From Oceanispirochaeta sp. (GTDB lineage Bacteria; Spirochaetota; Spirochaetia; DSM-2461), in contig CAXXOA010000002.1 of NCBI GenBank assembly GCA_963666275.2, positions 992,001-1,056,000 of the forward strand: a stretch of 64,000 bases of DNA, written 5' to 3'. A program made the translations under genes and the position numbers. Positions 28,533-37,773 of this stretch are shown piece by piece. Position 1 is the first letter of the stretch, and each line of letters opens with the position of its first letter. The notes under the pieces are model-generated. The model had not been told where the DNA came from. It saw only the letters and a program-made list of their open reading frames with translations, and did no database searches.

Positions 28533-29711
28533 ATGATACGTAGAAACGCCCTGATCTTCCTCCTTTCTCTCCTTTTTTACATAAACAGCTCCATATTCTC
28601 TCAGCCGGTGGTTTCCATCCTGCATTTTGAAAATATTTCAGGGGACCGAGAGTCAGGATGGATGAGCCGAAGCCTGGCTGACGGTCTAACCGCTCTGCTG
28701 CGCAATGAAGCGCTGATCCTTGTGGAAAGGGAAAACCTGGAAGCTGTTATTGAAGAGCAGAAGTTCAGCCTTTCAGGCCTCACCGATGAGGAGACGACCC
28801 TTGAGATCGGCAGGCTGCTCAATACGACCCAATTAATCGGCGGAGGATTCCTTATCAATAACGGAGTTCTCCGGGTAACGGCGAAAATTACGGATACCAC
28901 CACAGGGGAGATCCTGTTTTCCTCTTCCGTGGAGGAGGGGGCTGGCCGGTATTTTGAAGTGGAAAAAGCTCTGGCCCGGCAACTGGCCGGTTATTACGGA
29001 TTTGTTCCCCATATTGAGGATAGTCATCAGACCGGTTCGCTCACGGCTTTGAACAGCTACTACAGGGGCCTGCTGTATATGGATTCGGATGATTACAGCA
29101 ATGCTGCTGAAGCCTTTCAGAATGCCCTGAAAGAGGACCCTTCTTTCAGGGATCCCGGAGAGGGACTCGAAGAGAGCTACAGGTTTCTGAAGGATTTCCG
29201 GAAAGCCCGGTATCAGAGGGAGATCAATGGTCTCTACCGTCGTCTGGATTCTCTTTTGGATCGGGCCGGGGCCGAACCCTTTGTCAACTATGGGGACTGG
29301 GTCGTTCAGGCTATGTCAGAAGGGAAAAGCAGTGATGAAATTTCAGCCTATACCCAGTCTCATCCGGAGATCACCTGGGGAAACAGCCCTGTCGAGGTAT
29401 ACTGGCATGCCCAGAATGTTATGTCGGATATTGCGGGAAATGCGAAGGAGTACTTTGATGATACAGCCCAGGCCGCAGGGATGTACCGGCGGATGATCGG
29501 GCTTTCCGCTGTGATCCAGGAGGAGGAGCCCGACGACCCTTTTCTTCCGGAAATCGTCTATCAGGAACTCCTGGCCTGGCATTATCTGGAAGAGTGGGCT
29601 CAGGTTTATCGTGTCTGTGAACAGATTATGATGACCTGGCCCGATTATAGAATGATGTGGGCTGTGGAAGATTTTTATGAACAGTCTCTTGAGTTCTACT
29701 CCGGAGACTAG
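28533..29711 (+). CDS. Exported CsgG/FlgO-like domain plus TPR-like protein
   Basis: Signal peptide; LVERENLEAVIEEQKFSLSGL..IGRLL; helical C-terminus. Confidence 0.75.
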   Translation: MIRRNALIFLLSLLFYINSSIFSQPVVSILHFENISGDRESGWMSRSLADGLTALLRNEALILVERENLEAVIEEQKFSLSGLTDEETTLEIGRLLNTTQLIGGGFLINNGVLRVTAKITDTTTGEILFSSSVEEGAGRYFEVEKALARQLAGYYGFVPHIEDSHQTGSLTALNSYYRGLLYMDSDDYSNAAEAFQNALKEDPSFRDPGEGLEESYRFLKDFRKARYQREINGLYRRLDSLLDRAGAEPFVNYGDWVVQAMSEGKSSDEISAYTQSHPEITWGNSPVEVYWHAQNVMSDIAGNAKEYFDDTAQAAGMYRRMIGLSAVIQEEEPDDPFLPEIVYQELLAWHYLEEWAQVYRVCEQIMMTWPDYRMMWAVEDFYEQSLEFYSGD

Positions 29712-30340
29712 CCGTGCATGGCATCTATTTCGGCCAGTCTCTCTTCGGAAAGGCTTACGGAATCTCCCCGGAGCCGGGCAAAAAGCGTCATCCGGGAAGC
29801 CGCTTCCAGGACTTCCAGTCTGTCGAAAGCCTGGAGCAGGGTTTGTCCCACAGTTAAAACCCCATGATTTTCAAGAAAAACCGCACTGGCTCCCTCTTTG
29901 AGAGAGGACGAGACAACCTCTCCCAGGCTCTGAGTTCCCATTAAGGCATAGGGAGCAAAAACAGGTTCCCCCAGAAGGTACCTGGCTTCGGCGGTCAGTC
30001 CTGTATCCACTCTGTCCTCTCCCGTGGTTGTATAGAAACTGGCATGAACCGGATGAGCATGGACTATGGCATTCACATCGGGCCTTGCCCTCAGTATCCG
30101 CAGATGCATATCTGTTTCTATGCTCGGTCTCAGGCCGACTGAAATGCTTTCCCCCTGAAGGGTCATCAAAGCGATCTGTCTGAAGTTTATCCGCCCCTTA
30201 TCCAGTGCCGCCGGTGTTATGAGAACACGATCCTCTGAGACCCGGAAGCTAATGTTGCCTCCCGAACATGTGGTAAGCCCCTGTCTGTAGAGGCGCCTCA
30301 TGGTGGAAGCCACAGCTTCCCGTTCCTTTTTGTATATCAT
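29708..30340 (-). CDS. Class II aldolase/adducin family protein
   Basis: GGNIS, PSIE..MH, AIVHAHP, LENHG. Confidence 0.9.
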   Translation of the reverse strand: MIYKKEREAVASTMRRLYRQGLTTCSGGNISFRVSEDRVLITPAALDKGRINFRQIALMTLQGESISVGLRPSIETDMHLRILRARPDVNAIVHAHPVHASFYTTTGEDRVDTGLTAEARYLLGEPVFAPYALMGTQSLGEVVSSSLKEGASAVFLENHGVLTVGQTLLQAFDRLEVLEAASRMTLFARLRGDSVSLSEERLAEIDAMHG

Positions 30341-30409
30341 GGTGTTTATTTTAACCAATAAGAAATATCAGATCTACAGCCCTTCCCGGAAGAGGATAAA
30401 TCTTTTCTC

Positions 30410-30658
30410 CCCCGGTCACAGAGCGGAGCCGAAATTGCTTGTATTGATTAATTCTTCCCGGATTTCCCCGATTCCTGAGCGGAGCCGTAGGAGAGGGATT
30501 AAACTAATACAATACAGATTCCCCGGTCACTGAGCGGAGCCGAATATGTTGTTTTTGCCTAATCCCTTCCGGATTTCCCCGGTTCCTGAGCGGAGCCTAA
30601 GGAGAGGGATTAAATTAATACTATACAGATTCCCCGGTCACTGAGCGGAGCCGAAGTG
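30410..30658 (+). repeat. Five REP-like units at 55-56 bp spacing, alternating A/B types
   Basis: CCCCG..GAGCGGAGCC core at 30410, 30466, 30521, 30577 and 30632; linkers 1~3 and 2~4 are similar. Confidence 0.9.
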
Positions 30659-32743
30659 GAGGGGATTCGCTTTCTTCCCCAGCAGCGCCATTCCCAGATA
30701 GATGACTCCCAGAGCTATTCCCGAATAGAGCATATAGAGCGGATTATGTCCCTCGGCGATCTGATAGAAAAGGGTCGCCGTCGCCCAGGCCAGGATTGTC
30801 AGGTACACCATCTGTACCGCAGTGTAAAGGGGACCCATCTCCTGATAGGCCGCGCTCATGGCCGCCAGACAGGGAAAGTAGAGAAGGACAAAAAGCAGAT
30901 AGGCAAAACCGGCTGCAGGAGAAAAGTATTTCTGCATCCTCATGAGGGTATTATCCTCCAGTTCCAGTTCCCCCGCTATAGTCTGTGAATCCTGCGTCAC
31001 CGAGGATATTCCGATCAGATCTGCTGTGCGGAATAGATCCAGGAATCCAAATGCAATGGATTGGAACGCTCCCAGTACTGTTCCCAGGGGATCAAGGGGT
31101 TCCTGTTTCTCCACGCTTTGTATTTCCGCATGAAAGTCCATGGACGCATAGAGGGAGTTCACAGTACTGACAATGGCTTCCTTGGCGAAGAGACCTGTAA
31201 AAAGGGCTACCGATGCGGGCCAGTTTTCTTCACTGACACCCATGGGTTCAAACACAGGCTGCATCTTTTTACCCACATGGGCCAGGACCGAGTTCCTGGT
31301 ATCCTGGTTTCCAAAGGTAAGGCCGTCCTCGCCGATACCCATGGCGTTCAGAAATCCCAGGATCGTAACGGCAATGGTCATGATAAGACCGGCTTTTTTT
31401 ACAAATGAGGTCAGACGGATTCCTGCCGCCTTCATAATGGATCCCGGACGGGGGGTATGATAGAGGGGAAGGTCCATCACAAAGTTGGAGTGGGTTCCTT
31501 TAAAAATGGTATTCTTCAGAAGAAGTCCTGTCAGGATGGCCATAACAATGCCCACAAGGTAGATGAGGAATACCATCACTCCCGACCATCTGTTGAACAG
31601 GGCTGCACTGAAAAGGGCATAAACAGGGAGTCTGGCTCCGCAGGACATAAAAGGGGTCATAAAGATCGTCATGTATCTGTCCCGCTTGGATGTCATGGTC
31701 CTGGCGGACATTATGGCGGGTACTGTACAGCCGAAGCCCACCATCAGAGGGATAAAGGCATTCCCCGGCAGTCCTATGGATTTCATGACCCTGTCGGTGA
31801 TCACAGCCATCCGGGACATATATCCCACGCCTTCCAAAATCGCCAGGGCCAGGAACATGAAGAACACCACCGGTATGAATGTGGATACCGTCTGCAGCCC
31901 CGCTCCGATCCCTCCGGCCAGAAGGGTAATCAGCCAGTCGGAACTACCCATATGATTCAGTAGAGCTCCCAGGGCATCCACAAAGATCAGACCTGTGATC
32001 TGATCAAAAAAGTCGATAAAAATCCCTCCCACATTGACGGCAAACCAGAAGGTAAGGAACATGGTTGCCAGAAAAATGGGGATCGCCGCAAAGCGGTTCA
32101 GAATGACCCTGTCGATTTTGTCTGTCAGACTCTCTTCATGGTCGGCCCGTTCCATCACATTTTCGCAGATAAGATCTATCTTTTTATAGATGCTGTCGGG
32201 ATCATTCAGGTTCTCTGTGAGATTCTCTTTCGGGGCGGTCAGCTCCCGTTCTCCCGAAACGATCTGGAAAATAAAATCCCTGGCTCGGTCTACCGAGGAT
32301 TTGTCTATCGACGTGATCGGGAGGACCGGGACGCCCAGTTCCTCTGCCAGCTTCCCGTGGTTGATTCTGATGCCCTCTTTTTCGGCAATATCAGTCATAT
32401 TGAGGAAGATCATAAGGTTCTGCTGTCTTTTAATAATATCCAGGGTCAGAAAAAGGTTCCGGGAAAGATTGGAGGCATCAATGATATTGATTACAAGGTC
32501 TTCGTGGTCGGCGATCGCCTTTTCGGCAATTTTCTGCTCTTCCGTATCGGGAGAGAGGTTGTATGTTCCGGGCAGATCGATCAGGTCGATGGTCCTGTCC
32601 TTCAGGGTCAGAAGCCCCTCAACCTTTTCTACGGTGACCCCCGGCCAGTTCCCCACTTTATGGCGTGCCCCGGTGATGGCATTGAAAAAAGTTGTTTTCC
32701 CGCAGTTGGGGACACCCGCAATGGCTATCCTCTTCATTTCCAT
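30638..32743 (-). CDS. feoB: Ferrous iron transporter B
   Basis: GVPNCGKTT, VGNWPGVTVE, DLPGTY, GFGC.VP, PFMSCGARL. Confidence 0.95.
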   Translation of the reverse strand: MEMKRIAIAGVPNCGKTTFFNAITGARHKVGNWPGVTVEKVEGLLTLKDRTIDLIDLPGTYNLSPDTEEQKIAEKAIADHEDLVINIIDASNLSRNLFLTLDIIKRQQNLMIFLNMTDIAEKEGIRINHGKLAEELGVPVLPITSIDKSSVDRARDFIFQIVSGERELTAPKENLTENLNDPDSIYKKIDLICENVMERADHEESLTDKIDRVILNRFAAIPIFLATMFLTFWFAVNVGGIFIDFFDQITGLIFVDALGALLNHMGSSDWLITLLAGGIGAGLQTVSTFIPVVFFMFLALAILEGVGYMSRMAVITDRVMKSIGLPGNAFIPLMVGFGCTVPAIMSARTMTSKRDRYMTIFMTPFMSCGARLPVYALFSAALFNRWSGVMVFLIYLVGIVMAILTGLLLKNTIFKGTHSNFVMDLPLYHTPRPGSIMKAAGIRLTSFVKKAGLIMTIAVTILGFLNAMGIGEDGLTFGNQDTRNSVLAHVGKKMQPVFEPMGVSEENWPASVALFTGLFAKEAIVSTVNSLYASMDFHAEIQSVEKQEPLDPLGTVLGAFQSIAFGFLDLFRTADLIGISSVTQDSQTIAGELELEDNTLMRMQKYFSPAAGFAYLLFVLLYFPCLAAMSAAYQEMGPLYTAVQMVYLTILAWATATLFYQIAEGHNPLYMLYSGIALGVIYLGMALLGKKANPLHFGSAQ

Positions 32744-32976
32744 TACACGATTTCCTTTACCATGACAATTTTGGCTTCGTTTGTCCTCAGGGCAATCCGG
32801 CTGCCTCTCAGTTTGATAACCATGGGGTTTTTGATGTTGGAGAGTCCTTTTTCCACAGGGGTACCCCGGGTAAAACCCAGTTTTTCAAGCTTCCGGGCGT
32901 ATTCTGATTCTTCAATGATGTCAGATATGATATATGTTTTACCGGATTGAATTTCGGTCAGATTTATTTCGGCCAA
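32743..32976 (-). CDS. feoA: Ferrous iron transport protein A
   Basis: LGFTRG..V, P..I..RG..IALR..EA; directly upstream of feoB. Confidence 0.9.
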   Translation of the reverse strand: MAEINLTEIQSGKTYIISDIIEESEYARKLEKLGFTRGTPVEKGLSNIKNPMVIKLRGSRIALRTNEAKIVMVKEIV

Positions 32977-33010
32977 GATTCTCCTCCTGAGTCCTGATTA
33001 TCCTGCTATT

Positions 33011-33053
33011 GTTAATTAAAGCTAACTATATTTTGATTCCATATCAGAGTCAA
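33011..33053 (-). promoter_or_regulatory. Sigma70-type promoter of feoAB with an overlapping inverted repeat
   Basis: Minus-strand TTGACT-17 bp-TATAGT; GTTAG-N6-TTAAC at 33011-33026. Confidence 0.55.
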
Positions 33054-33167
33054 TCATCGGATATTAAAATACTGATAGAAAACAGGAGAGTCCAAGAGGA
33101 AAATTAAGAGGGGAATGTTTCTGGTAAAAACATGCATTATCCTTTATAGTCTCAATGGTCAAAGATT

Positions 33168-36100
33168 ATGAAACTGTCATTTTTAAATTTATCAATCCGC
33201 AATAAACTCTTCTGGACTTTTTACCTGTTTTTTCTGGCACTCATCATTCTCACGTTTCTGATTGTCAGTTTCTTTTTTAATATGAACAGCAGGAACATGC
33301 TGGAGCAGGAACTCGAAGTGAGTGCCGAACTGGCCCTTCAGGTTGTGGAATCCAATGCACAGGATACAATCCGCTCCCATCTTAAATCTCTGACAGAATC
33401 GAGCCTGGATGTTCTGAATTTTATCTACAGGGATGGACAGGAAGAAGGACAATCTCCGCTGGAAATGCAGAAGAAGGCTTCAGAGTATCTGAGAAGTCTG
33501 ACTGTGGGAGATAATGGCTATGTGTATGTTCTGGACGGGGAGGGGACGATCCTGGTTCATCCCTTTATGGAGCTGGAAGGCACCTCGGTCAGGGAGTTCG
33601 AATTTGTTCAGCAGCAGCTGAGGGATAAAAAGGGCTACCTGGAATACCTCTGGAAGAACCCGGGAGACCCGGAAGCCCGGAGAAAAGTCCTTTATATGGA
33701 AACCTTTGCGCCCTGGCAGTGGATCGTTTCCGTTTCGGCCTACAGGGCTGAATTCCATTCTCTGGTTCAGATCGATCAGGTCAAAGAGACAATCAGCCAG
33801 ATCCGTGTGGGCAATGAGGGGTATCTCTTTGTTATGGACAGGACGGGGAAATTCCTTATCCATCCTCACTATGAAGGCGCCCATTACAATGATATACCGG
33901 TTCTTCAGGAACAGGATCGCAGTTTTTTTGATGAGATGATGGAGAACCTGAACGGTTCAATGGAGTATGAGTGGATTGATCCTGTCTCTCTGGAAAAGCA
34001 GAAGAAGATGCTGACCTACAGATACATTCCGGAGTTTGACTGGATCATTGCCACATCGGTCAAAGAGAACGAACACAGGAGAGAGCTGTTTCGCGTCAAT
34101 ATCACTCTGATCCTTATTTTTTTGATCTCCAGCTGTCTCTTCTTTCTGATCAGCCGGTATCTGTCGAAGATGCTGACCCAGCCTGTATTCAATCTTATCT
34201 CATTTATTGACAGTTCCGTGGGCACCGACTATTCAGCGAGGTTCCAATATGATGGGAATGATGAGATCAGGAGTTTATCCGATCATTTTAATCTTTTCCT
34301 CTCTATGCTGCAGAAAGAGAAGGACGAACGGCACAGGGTTGAGCAGAGAAATCGGGTTTTGGCTCAGTTTCCAGAAGGCAATCCCTATCCGGTTATGAGG
34401 GTGGACCGGAATCTGAAAGTCCTCTATGCCAATCCCGCGTCCTTTGAACTTCTGGAATCCTGGGGCGGGATGAATGCTTTTCTTCCCGAGGAATTCAGAG
34501 AGAATCTGATATCCCAGGGAGAGCCCTTCGGCAGCTTCGATTATTATACCGCTGTCAATTCCTATAATATTATTTTTTCCTACTTCAGAGAACAGGATGC
34601 GTTCTATCTATTTTTTCAGGATATTTCAGAGCGGAAGGAAAATGAGTATCAGATGCTTATGTCCGAGAGTGTTTTCAATAATACCCTGGAGGGTATTGCC
34701 ATAACAGACCCCGCCGGACACATCAAGAGGGTGAATCCCGCGTTCTGCCGCATCACAGGGTACAGTATGGATGAAGTTCTGGGACAGAATCCCAGGATCC
34801 TGAAATCTGACCGCCATGCCCCGGAGTTCTATAAAAATATGTGGGACTCGATTATTCATGAAGGTGCCTGGAGCGGGGAGATCTGGAACCGGCGTAAGAA
34901 CGGTGAAGCCTATCCGGAATGGCTGACAATCAATTCCATTTTTGATGAGAAAGGACATCTGCTCCACTATGTTTCCCTTTTCAGGGATATTTCAGATATC
35001 AAAGAGAGTGAAGAGAGGCTCAGGCATCAGGCTTACCATGATGCCCTGACCGGGCTGCCCAACAGACTGCTTTTCATGGACCGTCTCGAGCAGGCCATCA
35101 GGCAGGCCGAGAGAGGCAAAGAGAGTCTGGCTGTGATGTTTCTGGATATGGACAATTTTAAAACCATCAATGACAGCAAAGGGCATAGCGTGGGGGATTT
35201 TTTTCTGGAGAGAATCGCCGAACGGCTCAGACATTCCTGCCGTCAGGAGGATACGGTCGCCAGGCTGGGGGGAGATGAATTTACCATACTTCTGCCCTCC
35301 ATGCAGGACAACAGAAGCATTGTGGAAATAGTTCAGAGGGTTCAGGAAGTGACCCGGCAGCCCATGACCGTTCAGGATATGGAGATCATCCCTTCGGTCA
35401 GTATCGGTGTGACCTTCTACCCCCAGGACGGGGATACCATGGAACTCCTTATGAAGAATGCCGATATGGCTATGTATAAAGCCAAACAGAGCGGGAAAGG
35501 AGGATATTCCTTCTACAATTCCCGGATGGACGAACAGTTTCAGAAGCGCCTGGACATGGAGAACCGTCTGAGAAGGGCTCTTGAAAATGATGAAATCTCT
35601 CTGGTGTATCAGCCTAAAGTTTCCTCTGTCACCGGTTCGGTTCTGGGGGCGGAAGCTCTTGTCCGTTGGAAAAATCCCGATCTGGGTGTCATTCCTCCCT
35701 CCGAATTCATTCCCCTGGCAGAAGAATCCGGGTTCATTCTGGAACTGGGCGACTGGGTACTGGAGCATGCCCTGATGGACATGAAGGATTTTCAGCAATC
35801 GGGTCTTATGGATTTTGAGATGGCAGTCAATCTCTCTGCCCGGCAGTTCCGGGACTCCTCATTGACGGATCGTATCGAGAGTATTCTTGGCAGGACCGGA
35901 GTTTCCAGGCAGCAGGTCAACCTTGAAATTACAGAGAACATTGCCATGGAACACTCGGATGAGTCCATTGCCATCCTGGAGAGGCTTTACGATCTGGGAC
36001 TGAAAATATCCATAGATGACTTCGGAACGGGGTACTCCTCCTACAGTTATCTGAAGAAGTTCAGAACCCATACCCTTAAAATAGACAAGACCTTTGTAGA

Positions 36101-36308
36101 TGAGCTTCCCGGAGAGACGAAAACCTCTGCCATTATGAAGAATATGATCGATCTGGGGCATACTCTGAATATGGAGGTTGTGGCTGAAGGGGTGGAAGAG
36201 GAGAGCCAGTTTCTGCATCTGAAAGAGCTGGGCTGTGATATCATTCAGGGATACTATTTTTCAAAGCCTCTGACCAGAGAGGACTTTCTTCTGTATTTGG
36301 AATCCTGA
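33168..36308 (+). CDS. Cache-HAMP-PAS-GGDEF-EAL diguanylate cyclase/phosphodiesterase
   Basis: RLGGDEF, AEAL, DDFGTGYSS, GEIWNRRKNG PAS/PAC, two TM helices. Confidence 0.95.
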   Translation: MKLSFLNLSIRNKLFWTFYLFFLALIILTFLIVSFFFNMNSRNMLEQELEVSAELALQVVESNAQDTIRSHLKSLTESSLDVLNFIYRDGQEEGQSPLEMQKKASEYLRSLTVGDNGYVYVLDGEGTILVHPFMELEGTSVREFEFVQQQLRDKKGYLEYLWKNPGDPEARRKVLYMETFAPWQWIVSVSAYRAEFHSLVQIDQVKETISQIRVGNEGYLFVMDRTGKFLIHPHYEGAHYNDIPVLQEQDRSFFDEMMENLNGSMEYEWIDPVSLEKQKKMLTYRYIPEFDWIIATSVKENEHRRELFRVNITLILIFLISSCLFFLISRYLSKMLTQPVFNLISFIDSSVGTDYSARFQYDGNDEIRSLSDHFNLFLSMLQKEKDERHRVEQRNRVLAQFPEGNPYPVMRVDRNLKVLYANPASFELLESWGGMNAFLPEEFRENLISQGEPFGSFDYYTAVNSYNIIFSYFREQDAFYLFFQDISERKENEYQMLMSESVFNNTLEGIAITDPAGHIKRVNPAFCRITGYSMDEVLGQNPRILKSDRHAPEFYKNMWDSIIHEGAWSGEIWNRRKNGEAYPEWLTINSIFDEKGHLLHYVSLFRDISDIKESEERLRHQAYHDALTGLPNRLLFMDRLEQAIRQAERGKESLAVMFLDMDNFKTINDSKGHSVGDFFLERIAERLRHSCRQEDTVARLGGDEFTILLPSMQDNRSIVEIVQRVQEVTRQPMTVQDMEIIPSVSIGVTFYPQDGDTMELLMKNADMAMYKAKQSGKGGYSFYNSRMDEQFQKRLDMENRLRRALENDEISLVYQPKVSSVTGSVLGAEALVRWKNPDLGVIPPSEFIPLAEESGFILELGDWVLEHALMDMKDFQQSGLMDFEMAVNLSARQFRDSSLTDRIESILGRTGVSRQQVNLEITENIAMEHSDESIAILERLYDLGLKISIDDFGTGYSSYSYLKKFRTHTLKIDKTFVDELPGETKTSAIMKNMIDLGHTLNMEVVAEGVEEESQFLHLKELGCDIIQGYYFSKPLTREDFLLYLES

Positions 36309-36338
36309 TAGAAAAGCCGCCAGCGTTGTCTGACAGTT

Positions 36339-37232
36339 TCAGATCTCTCTGTTTCTGGCAATAATACCCATGATGGCATAGCAGAGTTTTGCCGCCGTAT
36401 AGGCGCTGATCCTGTCGTTCTTCTCCGGCTCTGTTCCCACAATATCAAACCCTATAATATTGTGCCGTTCCGCCAGTGACGATACAAGGCTCAGGGTCTG
36501 GTACCAGGAGAGGCCCCCCGGCTCGGGATGGGATGTGCCGGGAAATACAGAGGGATCCAGGGCATCCATATCGATAGTGAGATAGATAAATTCGGGAAAA
36601 TCCGGAGAAAGGGTAATCTCCCTGCTGCCCATTCCGCTGCACAGATCAGAGGCGTCCCTGTAGGGGATATTCCTCTCTTTTCTCAGGTCCATTTCACCGG
36701 GAGAGAGGCTCCTTACCCCCATCTGGTAGATAGGAAACCCCATATCCAAAGCCCTTTTCATGACCGAAGAGTCCGTGTAGAGAGAGCCTTCATTGCTCTC
36801 TTTAAGATCCGCATGAGCATCGATCTGGACAATCCCCACATTGACGGAACCCCTTTCAATCTCCCGCAGGATTGCCAGGAAGGCCCCGTTGCTGATGGAG
36901 TGGTCTCCTCCCAGAAGAACGGGAATCTTCTCCATCTGGAAGATCATTTCCACCTTATCGGCAATACTGTTCAGAACATCCTCTTTTCTGCCTCTGCAGT
37001 TTACAGGAGGATAGGTATGAATGCCGCTTTCGGCGGGTATGCTCTTCCCGTCAAAGATTTCCAGCTCCTGGCTTGCTTCCAGAATCCTCCCGGGCCCGGA
37101 GCCTTCCATGGGAACAGGAATCAGATGAAACAGAGAGTCCTCCTGCTGGGGAAAGCCGGAGGCAAGAAAGGGTGTATCATTTTTTCTGGGGTGCATCAGA
37201 AAAAATATAGGCAGTTCCCGTCGGGGATTCAA
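36339..37232 (-). CDS. Arginase/agmatinase (ureohydrolase) family protein, atypical active site
   Basis: GGDHSIS, DAHAD, DMDALDP, PEPGG. Confidence 0.85.
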   Translation of the reverse strand: MNPRRELPIFFLMHPRKNDTPFLASGFPQQEDSLFHLIPVPMEGSGPGRILEASQELEIFDGKSIPAESGIHTYPPVNCRGRKEDVLNSIADKVEMIFQMEKIPVLLGGDHSISNGAFLAILREIERGSVNVGIVQIDAHADLKESNEGSLYTDSSVMKRALDMGFPIYQMGVRSLSPGEMDLRKERNIPYRDASDLCSGMGSREITLSPDFPEFIYLTIDMDALDPSVFPGTSHPEPGGLSWYQTLSLVSSLAERHNIIGFDIVGTEPEKNDRISAYTAAKLCYAIMGIIARNREI

Positions 37233-37275
37233 GTCTTTCTTCCTATGGGAGGTATTTTATTCTGTCCCGGTATCT

Positions 37276-37641
37276 TCAGGAGTGAATCCGACAGCTGCTG
37301 ATCAGAAGAAAACGGCCGCCATCGGGACCACTCAGAAAATCCACATGATCCCCGGCGCCGTAGAATCCCAGCTGCTTTTCTGCGATCTCTTTTTCACCGG
37401 TGGAAATCCGCCCCTCCAGGACATGAATAAAACCCGCATGATCTTCGGGAATCCGGTGCTGCCAGTGAGTTCCGGGGGGCAGATACACTTCCAGATACTC
37501 CATATTGGTAGAGCTGTCGTCCATCGGTCCCTGTATATCCGCCAGGTGACCCGACAGGATTCTGATCCTGATTCCCTCTTCCAGAAGAGCCTCGGGTATC
37601 TGACTGGCCGGTATGATCTTTTCCACTTGTCTGAAATCCAT
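37276..37641 (-). CDS. Pirin C-terminal cupin-like protein
   Basis: IP....IRILSG...GP, YL.V.L, FIHVLEG, RFLL; GGAGG SD. Confidence 0.65.
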   Translation of the reverse strand: MDFRQVEKIIPASQIPEALLEEGIRIRILSGHLADIQGPMDDSSTNMEYLEVYLPPGTHWQHRIPEDHAGFIHVLEGRISTGEKEIAEKQLGFYGAGDHVDFLSGPDGGRFLLISSCRIHS

Positions 37642-37773
37642 AAAATCCTCCCCGATGAAATCCTGTCCTTTTCTGATGTCAAGAAAAGCCGAATGGCGGG
37701 ACTCTTTGAATTCTAAAAGGACGGAAGGAAAAAATCCATGGAGATTCGGAAGGAGTCTGTCCGGGCCGCGGAA

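Noticed and set aside
30410..30658. CRISPR array
   Set aside because: The repeats are degenerate and alternate between two types, the linkers are themselves repeated, and no cas genes are in the window
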